Positions 50,125 through 58,959 of a stretch of 64,000 nucleotides of DNA are shown in pieces (the first letter of the stretch is position 1; every line of letters starts with the position of its first letter). A program made the translations under genes and the position numbers. Location of the stretch: positions 30,239 through 94,238 of the forward strand of contig JAZJZE010000003.1 of the NCBI GenBank assembly GCA_040390065.1, read 5' to 3'. Under the pieces are notes generated by a model, which made no database searches, was not told the DNA's origin, and saw nothing but the letters and a program-made list of their open reading frames with translations. This DNA comes from a bacterium. Lineage in GTDB: Archaea > Thermoplasmatota > E2 > JACPAO01 > JAHFTW01.

Positions 50125-51672
50125 ATGCGCTTCAACGAACTCCCTCTGCATCCGCTGACACTCTCCGCCCTCGAGGCCATGGGCTTCGAGGAGGCGACAC
50201 CGGTGCAAGCCGAAACCGTCCCCATCCTCCTTGCCGGCAAGGACCTCGTCGCCCAAGCGCAGACCGGCACGGGCAAGACTGCCGCCTTCGGCATCCCCCT
50301 CGTCGAAGCCCGCCGCAAGGGCAAACGCGGCCTCGTCCTCTGCCCGACGCGTGAACTCGCGCAGCAGGTGCAACGGGAACTGCAGGCCATCGCCAAAGGG
50401 TCCGACTTCGACGTCGTCTGCCTCATCGGAGGTGCCAGTTTCTACGACCAAGTCCGGTCGATGAAACACCATCCGAACGCCATCCTCGTCGCAACACCCG
50501 GCCGCGTCGTCGACCACCTCGGCCGCGGCAGCCTCGACCTCGCAGACACGAGCCTCCTCGTGCTCGACGAAGCCGACGAGATGATGTCCATGGGCTTCCA
50601 GGACGAACTGGACGCAATCATCGCCGCCCTCCCGAAGGCCCGCCAGACGATGCTCTTCTCGGCGACCATCCCCCCAGCCATCGAGCGCCTCGCCAAACGC
50701 GCCCTCGTCGACCCAGTCACCGTCCGCGCCGGCGCCCGCGGAGCCGCCGCAGCACTCGTCCGCCAGTGCTACGCCCACGTCCGCCCGACCGACCGCGCGG
50801 AGGCCGTCCGCCGCATCATCGCCGTCGAAAGCCCCAAGGCCACGCTGCTGTTCTGCCGCACACGCGACCGCGTCGAGGCGCTCGGCCAAGAACTCTCCAC
50901 CATGTCGCCCGAGGTCCTGCACGGCGGCATGGGCCAACCCCAACGCGACGCCGCCATGCAGCGCTTCCGTTCCGGACGCACACGCCTGCTCGTCGCCACC
51001 GACGTCGCGGCACGCGGCCTCGACGTCCAAGACATCGAACTCGTCCTGCACGACGAAGCCGCCGCCGACGTCGAGACCTACATCCATCGCATCGGCCGCA
51101 CCGGCCGCGCAGGGCGCAGCGGCGTCTCCATCCTCTTCCTCGGCCAGAACGCCGGCCGCCGCCTGCAATCCATCGAACGCCTCGCGGGTCGCCTGGAGCG
51201 CTACGACGTGCCCGACGACGCAAAGATGGCCAAGGCCCAAGCCGAGACCGTCCTCACGGCGCTTGCCGCCATCGAACCCGGCCATGAGGCGCGCGCCGTC
51301 CTCGAACATGCCGAACAATCGGGCATGAACGTCCGCGACATCGCCCTGCGCGCCCTGCACGAACTCCTTGGCCCCCAGACCGAAGTCGCCCCCGCCGAAC
51401 CCGTCGTTGCCGGCACGATCGCGTTGTCCCTCAAGGTCGGCGCCGTCGACGGCCTGCGCCCCGGCGACGTCGTCGGCATGCTCGCCCACGAAGGCGGACT
51501 TGCCGCCGACAAGATCGGCCAGATCAACATCCTGCCGCACCTGTCCATGATCGAGATCCCGGAGGCGGACGCCACGCGACTCGTGGGCGCCCTCCACCAA
51601 GCCATGTTCCGCGGCCGGCGCGTCCTTCCCCGCCTTGCCGAAGACTGGCAGTTCAAACCGCAGCGCCGCTAG
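50125..51672 (+). CDS. DEAD-box RNA helicase with DbpA-type RNA-binding domain (DeaD/DbpA-like)
   Basis: AQTGTGKT, PTRELA, DEAD, SAT, HRIGRTGR; GAVDGLRPGDVVG C-domain. Confidence 0.95.
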   Translation: MRFNELPLHPLTLSALEAMGFEEATPVQAETVPILLAGKDLVAQAQTGTGKTAAFGIPLVEARRKGKRGLVLCPTRELAQQVQRELQAIAKGSDFDVVCLIGGASFYDQVRSMKHHPNAILVATPGRVVDHLGRGSLDLADTSLLVLDEADEMMSMGFQDELDAIIAALPKARQTMLFSATIPPAIERLAKRALVDPVTVRAGARGAAAALVRQCYAHVRPTDRAEAVRRIIAVESPKATLLFCRTRDRVEALGQELSTMSPEVLHGGMGQPQRDAAMQRFRSGRTRLLVATDVAARGLDVQDIELVLHDEAAADVETYIHRIGRTGRAGRSGVSILFLGQNAGRRLQSIERLAGRLERYDVPDDAKMAKAQAETVLTALAAIEPGHEARAVLEHAEQSGMNVRDIALRALHELLGPQTEVAPAEPVVAGTIALSLKVGAVDGLRPGDVVGMLAHEGGLAADKIGQINILPHLSMIEIPEADATRLVGALHQAMFRGRRVLPRLAEDWQFKPQRR

Positions 51673-52193
51673 CCCGACCAGGCACCGGCCGCGAGCAGCA
51701 GCCGATCCTGGAACGGCGCCCACGCCACGGCCGCGTAATGCTTGAACGAACCCGTCGTCACCGCGTGCTCGTGACAATTCCCCGGATCCGCCTTGTTGAC
51801 AAGCAAGTTCTGGCAACCCGCCGGGCGATCCGCGAAGCGAAGCGTGCAACCAGTCGGCCCCAGCAACGTGCAGGCCCCATGCGACGTGCCATCAAACGGA
51901 CCGGCCGGCGACATCACGTTACGAGGACGCACGTAGTAGGCCCTGCGCAGACGCGCCGGATCCATGCAGCGCGCGCACGACCCATCGCACTCCACGTCGA
52001 AGCAGTTCATCTCCGGCCGCGGATCGCCATCCCACCACGCCAAGACGAACCGACCGTCGCGCAACCCCCCCGCGATGGCCGCGTCATCCAACTGGTCCGG
52101 CAGGAAGGCCCCCGGCAACGTCTTGCAACACTTGCCCCCACATGCCCCGCACGTCGCGGCGTCCTCGTTGTTGAGGATGGGCAGCCCGGGCAC
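51669..52193 (-). CDS. YkgJ-like Cys-cluster (CxxCxxxCC) protein
   Basis: CGACGGKCCK..CTLL...GC..RPAGC; stop overlaps the helicase stop in a shared CTAG. Confidence 0.75.
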   Translation of the reverse strand: MPGLPILNNEDAATCGACGGKCCKTLPGAFLPDQLDDAAIAGGLRDGRFVLAWWDGDPRPEMNCFDVECDGSCARCMDPARLRRAYYVRPRNVMSPAGPFDGTSHGACTLLGPTGCTLRFADRPAGCQNLLVNKADPGNCHEHAVTTGSFKHYAAVAWAPFQDRLLLAAGAWSG

Positions 52194-52240
52194 GTTCGCC
52201 CACGTGGCGCCCTGGGTCAAGAAGCCTGCGGCCGGGGTCG

Positions 52241-52296
52241 TCCTCCGGGCTCCTCCAGGAGCCTCCGGGTTCCTCGGGAATCCCCCTGGAGCCGCC
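52241..52296. repeat. Imperfect 10-nt tandem repeat in a divergent intergenic region
   Basis: TCCTCCGGGC|TCCTCCAGGA|GCCTCCGGGT|TCCTCGGGAA|TCCCCCTGGA|GCCGCC. Confidence 0.6.
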
Positions 52297-52346
52297 AAAA
52301 TGCAGGTCCGGCGTCCTCAAATCCCTCCTTCGGACTCGGCGGCGCA

Positions 52347-52694
52347 ATGGACCTGGCCGGCAAGCTGCAGCTCAAGCAGGGCGAGACCCTTTGCGTGCAG
52401 AACGCGCCCAAGGCGTTCCGGTGGGACGGACTGACAGACAAGGACCCGGACAAGGCCGACGGAGTCCTGTTCTTTGCGCAGTCGGCGCGCGACTTGGCCA
52501 ATGCGCAGGGATTCGTTGACGCCGCCAAGTCGGACCGCTTGGCGTGGCTGGCCTACCCGAAGGCCGGGCAGCTTGCCACGGATCTTGCGCGGGACAACTT
52601 GGTGGAGAAGCTGGGGGCAGGCGGCATCCAGGTGGTGCGCGTGATCAGCATCGACGATGTATGGAGCGCGGCGCGCTTCCGGCCAGTGCCGTAG
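52347..52694 (+). CDS. DUF3052-like protein
   Basis: WLAYPK..TDLARD..SIDDVWSAARFR. Confidence 0.8.
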   Translation: MDLAGKLQLKQGETLCVQNAPKAFRWDGLTDKDPDKADGVLFFAQSARDLANAQGFVDAAKSDRLAWLAYPKAGQLATDLARDNLVEKLGAGGIQVVRVISIDDVWSAARFRPVP

Positions 52695-52695
52695 C

Positions 52696-52944
52696 CTACT
52701 GCTGCTCCCACTCTTGGGCGTACTGCAGGTTCTCGAATTCCTCTTCGGCCGAGAATTCCTGGCCGCGGCCTTCGCGCTGGTGCTCGCCGACTGCGAACTC
52801 CAGGTCCATCGTGAGCTCACGGAACAAGGCGTCCATGGTCTTGGATGCCAGTTCCTTGTCGCCCTCGGTCTCGGTCCAGATGATGGCCGAGAAGGTGCCG
52901 TTCTTGTTCTTCAGGATCTCAACCCTGGCAAGCGGCTCTTCCAT
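52696..52944 (-). CDS. Small acidic hypothetical protein
   Basis: 82-aa ATG ORF with host-like codon usage. Confidence 0.7.
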   Translation of the reverse strand: MEEPLARVEILKNKNGTFSAIIWTETEGDKELASKTMDALFRELTMDLEFAVGEHQREGRGQEFSAEEEFENLQYAQEWEQQ

Positions 52945-53090
52945 CGAGGCGGTGTGATTGGGGGTCTTATTTGAGGCTTCCGCGAGGCTTTGGCACGGGT
53001 GTGGCAGGCACTCTCTGGCACAGCGTTTCCAGGGCTGCGGGGCCCTTGCGATGCCTTGAAGAACCGCGGGGGGTGGCTGGCCTCCCGTCC

Positions 53091-53606
53091 ATGGTGGCGA
53101 AGATCCGCAAGCTCGGCGAGAACGACGTCGACGGCTTGTGCAAGTTGTGGGCCGAGTTCGCTCGCATGCGCGAGGGCCTGACGCACTCGAAGATCCTGAA
53201 CGAGGACGCGGCGGACTACTTCTTCGCGTACGCGACGGGCTTGTTACAGCGCAAGGACACCCTCACGCTCGTCGCGGAGGACGAGGGGCAACTCGTCGGC
53301 TACCTCATCGCGAACAAGCAACGCCGGCCGCCGATCTACCGCCACACCAAGGTCGCCTACCTCTCGGATGCCTACGTCACGGATTCGCACCGCGGCCACG
53401 GCATCCTGCGCGAGTTCATGGCGGACCTGCAGAAGTGGTGCAAGGGGGAGGGCATCACGGCCATCGACGTGCAGTTGTTCGAGAACAACAAGGAGGCGCA
53501 GATCATCTACCGCAACTTGGGCTTCCACGACTACCGCGTGGTCCTGCGGCAGGAAGTCGGCACGCCGACTCCGGCTCCGGCCGAGGGCGCGACGAAGGCG
53601 GCATAG
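53091..53606 (+). CDS. GNAT family N-acetyltransferase
   Basis: LVAEDEGQLVGY, YVTDSHRGHG, NKEAQIIYRNLGF. Confidence 0.92.
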   Translation: MVAKIRKLGENDVDGLCKLWAEFARMREGLTHSKILNEDAADYFFAYATGLLQRKDTLTLVAEDEGQLVGYLIANKQRRPPIYRHTKVAYLSDAYVTDSHRGHGILREFMADLQKWCKGEGITAIDVQLFENNKEAQIIYRNLGFHDYRVVLRQEVGTPTPAPAEGATKAA

Positions 53607-53661
53607 GTCAGACCCTGGCCTGTCCTTTTCCGGTCTTCTGCCGTGCGATTCTCCCCGTGGC

Positions 53662-54114
53662 GTGGTCAGCGCCCTCCCCCCTCCCGAACATGGGAATCCA
53701 CCGAATCCACAGCAACCCACCTCGGATCCTCGAACGGAGGCCATCATCGGCGCCGCCATCGAGGTCCAGCGCGAACTCGGGACCGGCTACTTGGAAAAGG
53801 TCTACCACCTCGCCCTGGAAATCGAGCTCGCCGCACGACGGATACCGTTCCAGTCCGAAGTCGAAATTCCAGTTTGGTACAAGGGGGAGCGTTTGGCGGC
53901 GACGTATCGGGCGGACTTCGTGTGCTACGGGGACGTCGTCGTCGAGTTGAAGGCCATCGTCCAAGCCGGACGCATCGAGCAAGCCCAACTCGTCCACTAC
54001 CTCGTCGCAGGACGCAAACCCATCGGCCTTCTGCTGAACTTCGGTGGCAGTCCGTTGCAGATTCGGCGCGCCGTCGGCCCCGCCCACTTCCAGGCCCGAC
54101 CGCTGCCATCCTAG
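53662..54114 (+). CDS. GxxExxY protein (PD-(D/E)XK nuclease family)
   Basis: DPRTEAIIGAAIEV..LGTGYLEKVY; YRADFVC..VVVELKA; AQLVHYL; GLLLNFG; GTG start inferred. Confidence 0.93.
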   Translation: MVSALPPPEHGNPPNPQQPTSDPRTEAIIGAAIEVQRELGTGYLEKVYHLALEIELAARRIPFQSEVEIPVWYKGERLAATYRADFVCYGDVVVELKAIVQAGRIEQAQLVHYLVAGRKPIGLLLNFGGSPLQIRRAVGPAHFQARPLPS

Positions 54115-54144
54115 GTAGACGCATTTCTGTGGATTCCTGTTCCC
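53692..54144. repeat. Inverted repeats bracketing the GxxExxY core
   Basis: GAATCCACC-GAATCCACAG (53694-53712) and CTGTGGATTC (54127-54136): exact 10-bp inverted repeat, extendable imperfectly. Confidence 0.75.
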
Positions 54145-54199
54145 GTCGGGCGTGCCAGAGGGAATAACCTGAAGAGCAAGCCCCACTTCAGCGGACTCA

Positions 54200-56122
54200 G
54201 TGGCCCATTTCACCTTGCGTGAAGCCGAAGAAATGTACCAAGTGCCCGGCTGGGCGGACGGGTACTACCGCATCACGGGAACGGGCACGTTGGCCGTGCG
54301 CCCGCTCGGCCCCGACGGCCCCGAGGTCGACATCCACGAGGTCATCACGACCATCGCGGAGCAGGGCACGAAGACGCCGGTGACCATGCGTTTCCCGCAG
54401 ATCCTGCAGCACCGCGTCGAGCGCCTCAACAAGGCGTTCGTGAAGGCCTTGAAGGACAACAAGTGCAAGGACACGCAGTACCGCGGCGTCTTCCCCATCA
54501 AGGTGAACCAGCGCCGCGAAGTCGTGCAGACGCTCATCAAGGCGGGCCGCAAGTGGGACTATGGGTTGGAGGTCGGCTCGAAGGCGGAACTCGTCGCGGC
54601 GCTCACGATGGACCCGAACCGCGATTCGCTTCTCATCGTCAACGGTTTCAAGGACCGGCCGTTTCTCGAGGCGGCCTGCCAGGCGACGCACTTCAAGGAA
54701 CAGGTCATCATCGTGCTCGACGAGGTCGGGGAGCTCGACGTCCTCGTGCCTCTCATCGCGGCGTCCGAGCGCAAGCCAATCATCGGCATCCGCCTCAAGT
54801 TGCGCAGCAAGGCCCCGGGCAAGTGGGCACTCTCCGGCGGCGAGCGCGCCAAGTTCGGCCTCACCATCCCCGAGGTCCTGTACGCCGTCGACCGCATCCG
54901 CGATGCCGGCATGCTGGATCGCCTGCAGATGCTGCACTTCCACATCGGCTCGCAGATCTCGGACATCCGCCGCATCACGCAAGGTGTCCGCGAGGCCGCC
55001 CGCATCCACGCGGAACTGCGCAAGATGGGCGTGCCGCTCAAGTACGTCGACGTCGGCGGCGGCATGGCGGTCGACTACGACGGCTCCGGTTCCTCCGGCT
55101 CCAACTCGGCGAACTACACGATGGAGGAATACGCGTCATCCATCGTGGCGCAACTCAAGGACGTGTGCGACGAAGCCGAAATCCCGGTGCCGCACATCAT
55201 CAACGAATCCGGCCGCGCCGTCGTCTCGCACCACGCGCTCCTCGTCGTCGACGTCGTGCGCCGCGTTCCGTATCTCACCATCGAGCCGGACCCGGAGGGC
55301 GCCCGCGACGACGACCCGACGAGCCTATGGAATCTCTACGCGACGTTCGAGAACCTGGGCCCGAAGAACGTCTTCGAGTCATTCCACGACGCCGTGCAGT
55401 ACCGCGAAGACCTGCAGAGCCTCTTCGACCTCGGGCACTTGAGCCTGCCAAGCCTGGGCCGCGCCGAGACGGTCTTCCGAGCCATCCTCGGCAAGGTGCG
55501 CGACATCCTCAAGGACGAGGACGAGACGGACGCCGAGGAATACGAGCAGGCCAACAGCCTGAGCTCGCAGAAACTCGTCTGCAACTTCAGCCTCTTCCAA
55601 AGCCTTCCCGACGTGTGGGGTGTCAAGCAGCAGTTCCCCATCCTGCCCATCCATCGCCTGCGCGAGCGGCCGAACGAGACGACGACGCTCGCGGACATCA
55701 CGTGCGACTCCGACGGCGAGATCCGGCGCTTCATCGACCCCGAAGGCACGAAGTCCAACCTCACGACGCATGACCTGCGCAAGGGCGAACCCTACTACCT
55801 CGCCATGGCCCTCGTCGGCGCCTACCAGGACACCCTCGGCGACTACCACAACCTCTTCGGCGAGACGAACGAGGCCTGGATTGAGGTCGACCCGAAGCAC
55901 GGTGGCTGGACCATCACGCGCCTCACCGAAGGCAGCAAAGTCTCGGACATGCTGCGCTGGGTGCGCTACAATCCCGCCGACATGAAGGACTCCCTCAAGG
56001 ACCGCATCAAGCGCATGAAGGACAAGGGCAAGATCGACGCGGCCACGGCGCGTGAGTTGGTGGACGGTTTGGTCGCCCTGATTGACTCGAGCACGTACTT
56101 GGAGCCGGCAAGGTCGGGCTGA
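54200..56122 (+). CDS. speA: Biosynthetic arginine decarboxylase (PLP-dependent, bacterial type)
   Basis: FPIKVNQ PLP Lys, GLEVGSKAEL, HFHIGSQI, DVGGG, ESGRA, NFSLFQSLPD, DITCDSDG, GAYQ. Confidence 0.96.
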   Translation: MAHFTLREAEEMYQVPGWADGYYRITGTGTLAVRPLGPDGPEVDIHEVITTIAEQGTKTPVTMRFPQILQHRVERLNKAFVKALKDNKCKDTQYRGVFPIKVNQRREVVQTLIKAGRKWDYGLEVGSKAELVAALTMDPNRDSLLIVNGFKDRPFLEAACQATHFKEQVIIVLDEVGELDVLVPLIAASERKPIIGIRLKLRSKAPGKWALSGGERAKFGLTIPEVLYAVDRIRDAGMLDRLQMLHFHIGSQISDIRRITQGVREAARIHAELRKMGVPLKYVDVGGGMAVDYDGSGSSGSNSANYTMEEYASSIVAQLKDVCDEAEIPVPHIINESGRAVVSHHALLVVDVVRRVPYLTIEPDPEGARDDDPTSLWNLYATFENLGPKNVFESFHDAVQYREDLQSLFDLGHLSLPSLGRAETVFRAILGKVRDILKDEDETDAEEYEQANSLSSQKLVCNFSLFQSLPDVWGVKQQFPILPIHRLRERPNETTTLADITCDSDGEIRRFIDPEGTKSNLTTHDLRKGEPYYLAMALVGAYQDTLGDYHNLFGETNEAWIEVDPKHGGWTITRLTEGSKVSDMLRWVRYNPADMKDSLKDRIKRMKDKGKIDAATARELVDGLVALIDSSTYLEPARSG

Positions 56123-56166
56123 ATACCCGCCGCGACTCGTCGGCGTCCTCGGAGATTGAGACCACC

Positions 56167-56550
56167 ATGGGAACACTAGACTTAATCTGGAAATGGCTAG
56201 ATGACAATGGACCAGCGCTAGCCGTTATTTTGGCGTTCGTTCCCTTGGCTTGGGCAACGTCTTCCTACCTGTCCGTCAAGAGGCAGGAGTTGAGGGAGCG
56301 GAGGTTTGCGGCGTTTCATCAATTGATTCAGAAGCTCGTCGAACCGGAGAATCCTAACCTACCAATGAAGCTCGATCGTCAGGTCGCCATTGTTTTCGAA
56401 CTCCGCAACTTCAAGGAGTATTATCCGGTAACCCTACGGATATTCAAGGGCCTCAGGGAAACGTGGGCCGAACAGGGCCCCGAGCGGAAGCGGGCCCGGC
56501 TTGATGCCGAGCTGGAGCTTGCGATTGACTACATCGAAGGAAAAGTGTAG
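56167..56550 (+). CDS. Hypothetical protein, lower GC (probably horizontally acquired)
   Basis: ATG ORF with N-terminal TM; AT-richer codons than neighbours. Confidence 0.75.
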   Translation: MGTLDLIWKWLDDNGPALAVILAFVPLAWATSSYLSVKRQELRERRFAAFHQLIQKLVEPENPNLPMKLDRQVAIVFELRNFKEYYPVTLRIFKGLRETWAEQGPERKRARLDAELELAIDYIEGKV

Positions 56551-56806
56551 CAAGGCCCTAAAGAGGAGACGTGGGCCGTTGCATTCGAATGCTTGTCACC
56601 TTGTTAACGAGTACAGTCCCAAGAATCGCCGTTCCATCCCCGCAATCCCAGGCCGCCCATACCGGCCATGGCGCCAAAGGTGAACGCCAAGCATGACCCG
56701 GCAAGGTCGCGACCATCTCAAGTCATCATGAGGGCCTCGTGGTGGCCGTCGGCGCCGCCGGAGGACGATGGCCCTGCCGATTGCTTTGTTTCGGGACCCG
56801 CAGCCA

Positions 56807-56901
56807 TCAACCGACGCAACCGATACAACCGACCGACGCCGGGCTCAGTTGCGTCGGTTGCTTCGGTTGACCACGGGCGTCATCTCGGTTTCATCTGTTG
56901 A
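56807..56901. repeat. Dispersed palindromic repeat family B, copy 3
   Basis: TCAACCGAC-GCAACCGAT-ACAACCGAC ... TCAGTTGCG-TCGGTTGCT-TCGGTTGA plus an extra half TCGGTTTCATCTGTTGA. Confidence 0.85.
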
Positions 56902-56973
56902 CCCGGCGAAAAGTCACGCGCGCCAAACACAACCCGTATCTCCCCCGCCCCGCTGAACAGCCTGGGATGCATC

Positions 56974-57672
56974 ATGGCTGAGTCGCACATTCCTGGCCTC
57001 GGCGGTGTCGAGAAGTTCCTCAACCGGAAGGAAGTCGATGCACTTCGGGCTTCCCTCGAATCCGGCGAGAAGGTGCGCGCCGCCGCCGGTGGCGTCATGG
57101 GTCGCCGCACGGGGCTCCTCGCGGCGACGTCGCATCGCATCATCTTCATCACGACGGGCTCGGGCAAACCCTCGGTCAAGTCGTGGGGCTACGGCCGCGT
57201 CGAGCGCGTGCACGCGGAAGTGGACCTCGACGACGCGGCGTTGACTCTTCACGCGGACCACCAGGTCTTCGTCGTGAACAAGGTCCCTCGTCTTGCTGCG
57301 CAGGCCTTCGCGGATGCCGTTCGCGACGCCGCACCGAAGTCGCAGTTCCGCCGCGTCGAACTCGTCGAGGACCCGACGAAGGCGTCCGCGGACCGCGGCA
57401 TGTTCACGCTCGTCGACGAACGACTGCGGGCGCTGAAGCGGCAATTCGACAAGGGCTCCATCACGGAGGCAGAGTTCCGCGCCAACCGTCGCCGCATCCT
57501 TGAAAACGCGGGCATGCCGACCGACCTGAAGTTGGGCATGTCGACGCGGACGCCAGTCAAGGATCCGGAGCCCGAGCCGAAGAAGGCGCCGGCGCCGTGG
57601 CCGGAGCGCAAGAAGAAGGCGGAAGTCGAATGGGACCCGGAACCCTGGCCGGACCCCAAGTTGCCCAAGTAG
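56974..57672 (+). CDS. Bacterial PH-domain plus SHOCT protein
   Basis: LESGEKV..GLLAATSHRIIF PH pattern; RLRALKRQFDKGSITEAEF SHOCT. Confidence 0.8.
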   Translation: MAESHIPGLGGVEKFLNRKEVDALRASLESGEKVRAAAGGVMGRRTGLLAATSHRIIFITTGSGKPSVKSWGYGRVERVHAEVDLDDAALTLHADHQVFVVNKVPRLAAQAFADAVRDAAPKSQFRRVELVEDPTKASADRGMFTLVDERLRALKRQFDKGSITEAEFRANRRRILENAGMPTDLKLGMSTRTPVKDPEPEPKKAPAPWPERKKKAEVEWDPEPWPDPKLPK

Positions 57673-57720
57673 GACAAGTTTGGCCGGGCCAGGGCATCAA
57701 GGATGTTCACAGGATGGATT

Positions 57721-57778
57721 GGCCGCGGATTCCGCGGCAATTCGAGGCTTCGCCCTTGGAGGGGCGCCATCCGCGGCC
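57721..57778. repeat. Intergenic palindrome related to the 9-nt motif
   Basis: GGCCGCGGAT (57721-57730)/ATCCGCGGCC (57769-57778) perfect inverted repeat; GCCGCGGAT-TCCGCGGCA period 9. Confidence 0.55.
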
Positions 57779-57854
57779 GTACCTTTCGTGCTTGCCGGGA
57801 AACCCGGGAAAGGAATATCTGCCCGGGCTGCCAAAGGAGCCGTGATTGGGCTCC

Positions 57855-58325
57855 ATGCCAAAGATGCAAAGACCCGAGACACTCTTGGTGCGCTTCCTGC
57901 CGCCCCCCGACCTGGACTACAACGACGCCTTCCAGCGCCTTGCCGCCATCGAACTGCAGATGCGCCGTGAGGGAGCGACGGAGGGGCTGCTGCTGTGCCG
58001 TGCCCAGTCGATGCTCCTGCTCGGCAACTACCTGCGGGCCGCCTTCGACGCCGAGGAGGTCGCCCGGGGCAACCCCGAATGCGGCGAGGCCTATTTCTTG
58101 AAGGGGCAAGCAAGCTTGGCGCTAGCCGCCGTCAAAATGGGCATCGCCCGCCCCGGCGTGGGCTCGTACATCCCCCGGTCGAGCCTGCCGCCGGCTCGCG
58201 ACTTGCTGGCGATGGCGCGGCAGTGCTTCGCCGCCGTCCTCGCCCGCAACCCAGGCGATCCGCAGGCAGGCCGGGGCATGACGACCGTCAACTCCTTGCA
58301 AGCGCATGCGCCCGCCCACGCGTAG
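57855..58325 (+). CDS. TPR-like hypothetical protein
   Basis: Helical; NPECGEAYFLKG and RNPGDPQA TPR-like turns. Confidence 0.65.
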   Translation: MPKMQRPETLLVRFLPPPDLDYNDAFQRLAAIELQMRREGATEGLLLCRAQSMLLLGNYLRAAFDAEEVARGNPECGEAYFLKGQASLALAAVKMGIARPGVGSYIPRSSLPPARDLLAMARQCFAAVLARNPGDPQAGRGMTTVNSLQAHAPAHA

Positions 58326-58359
58326 GGCGGCCGACCTCCTGTTGGCGCCGGCATCACGG

Positions 58360-58366
58360 TTTTATA
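58360..58366 (+). promoter_or_regulatory. TATA box candidate for rps12-rps7
   Basis: TTTTATA about 160 nt upstream of rps12, implying a long leader. Confidence 0.55.
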
Positions 58367-58525
58367 CCGGTGCCTTGTCGGCGACTTGCTCACGTCCTGG
58401 CCCAGGGTGTCCCCCTGGCCTGAGTCGGCCTCGCTTGGCGGCTGGCGCCGATTCCGTCCGGGACGACGAACACAACCGAGCTGGCCCGTTGCCAAAAAGC
58501 GGGTCGGCATCCACAGGTGATTCCC

Positions 58526-58954
58526 ATCCCGACAGGCATCAACGCAGCCCGCAAGCTCCAACGCAACCGGCAGACCGCCCGCTGGTCGGACCGGTACTAC
58601 TCCCGTCGCACGCTCCGCCTCAAGCAGAAGTCGGACCCCCTTGGTGGCATCCCGCAAGCCCGCGGCATCGTCATCGAGAAGGTCGGCATCGAGGCCAAGC
58701 AGCCGAACTCGGCCATCCGCAAGTGCGTGAAGGTCCAGCTCATCCGCAACGGCCGCCAGATCACGGCATTCGCGGTCGGCGACGGCGCCATCAACTACAT
58801 CGACGAGCACGACGAAGTGCTGGTCGAGGGCATCGGCGGCCGCATGGGCCGTTCCTACGGTGACATCCCGGGTGTGCGCTACAAGGTCATCAAGGTCAAC
58901 AACGTGAGCCTGGACATGCTCGTCAAGGGCAAAGTCGAGAAGCCGATGCGGTGA
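58526..58954 (+). CDS. rps12: Ribosomal protein uS12 (archaeal S12/S23); start probably ATC at 58526 (alternative GTG at 58517)
   Basis: [32 protein letters not shown]. Confidence 0.97.
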   Translation: MPTGINAARKLQRNRQTARWSDRYYSRRTLRLKQKSDPLGGIPQARGIVIEKVGIEAKQPNSAIRKCVKVQLIRNGRQITAFAVGDGAINYIDEHDEVLVEGIGGRMGRSYGDIPGVRYKVIKVNNVSLDMLVKGKVEKPMR

Positions 58955-58959
58955 TTGCC

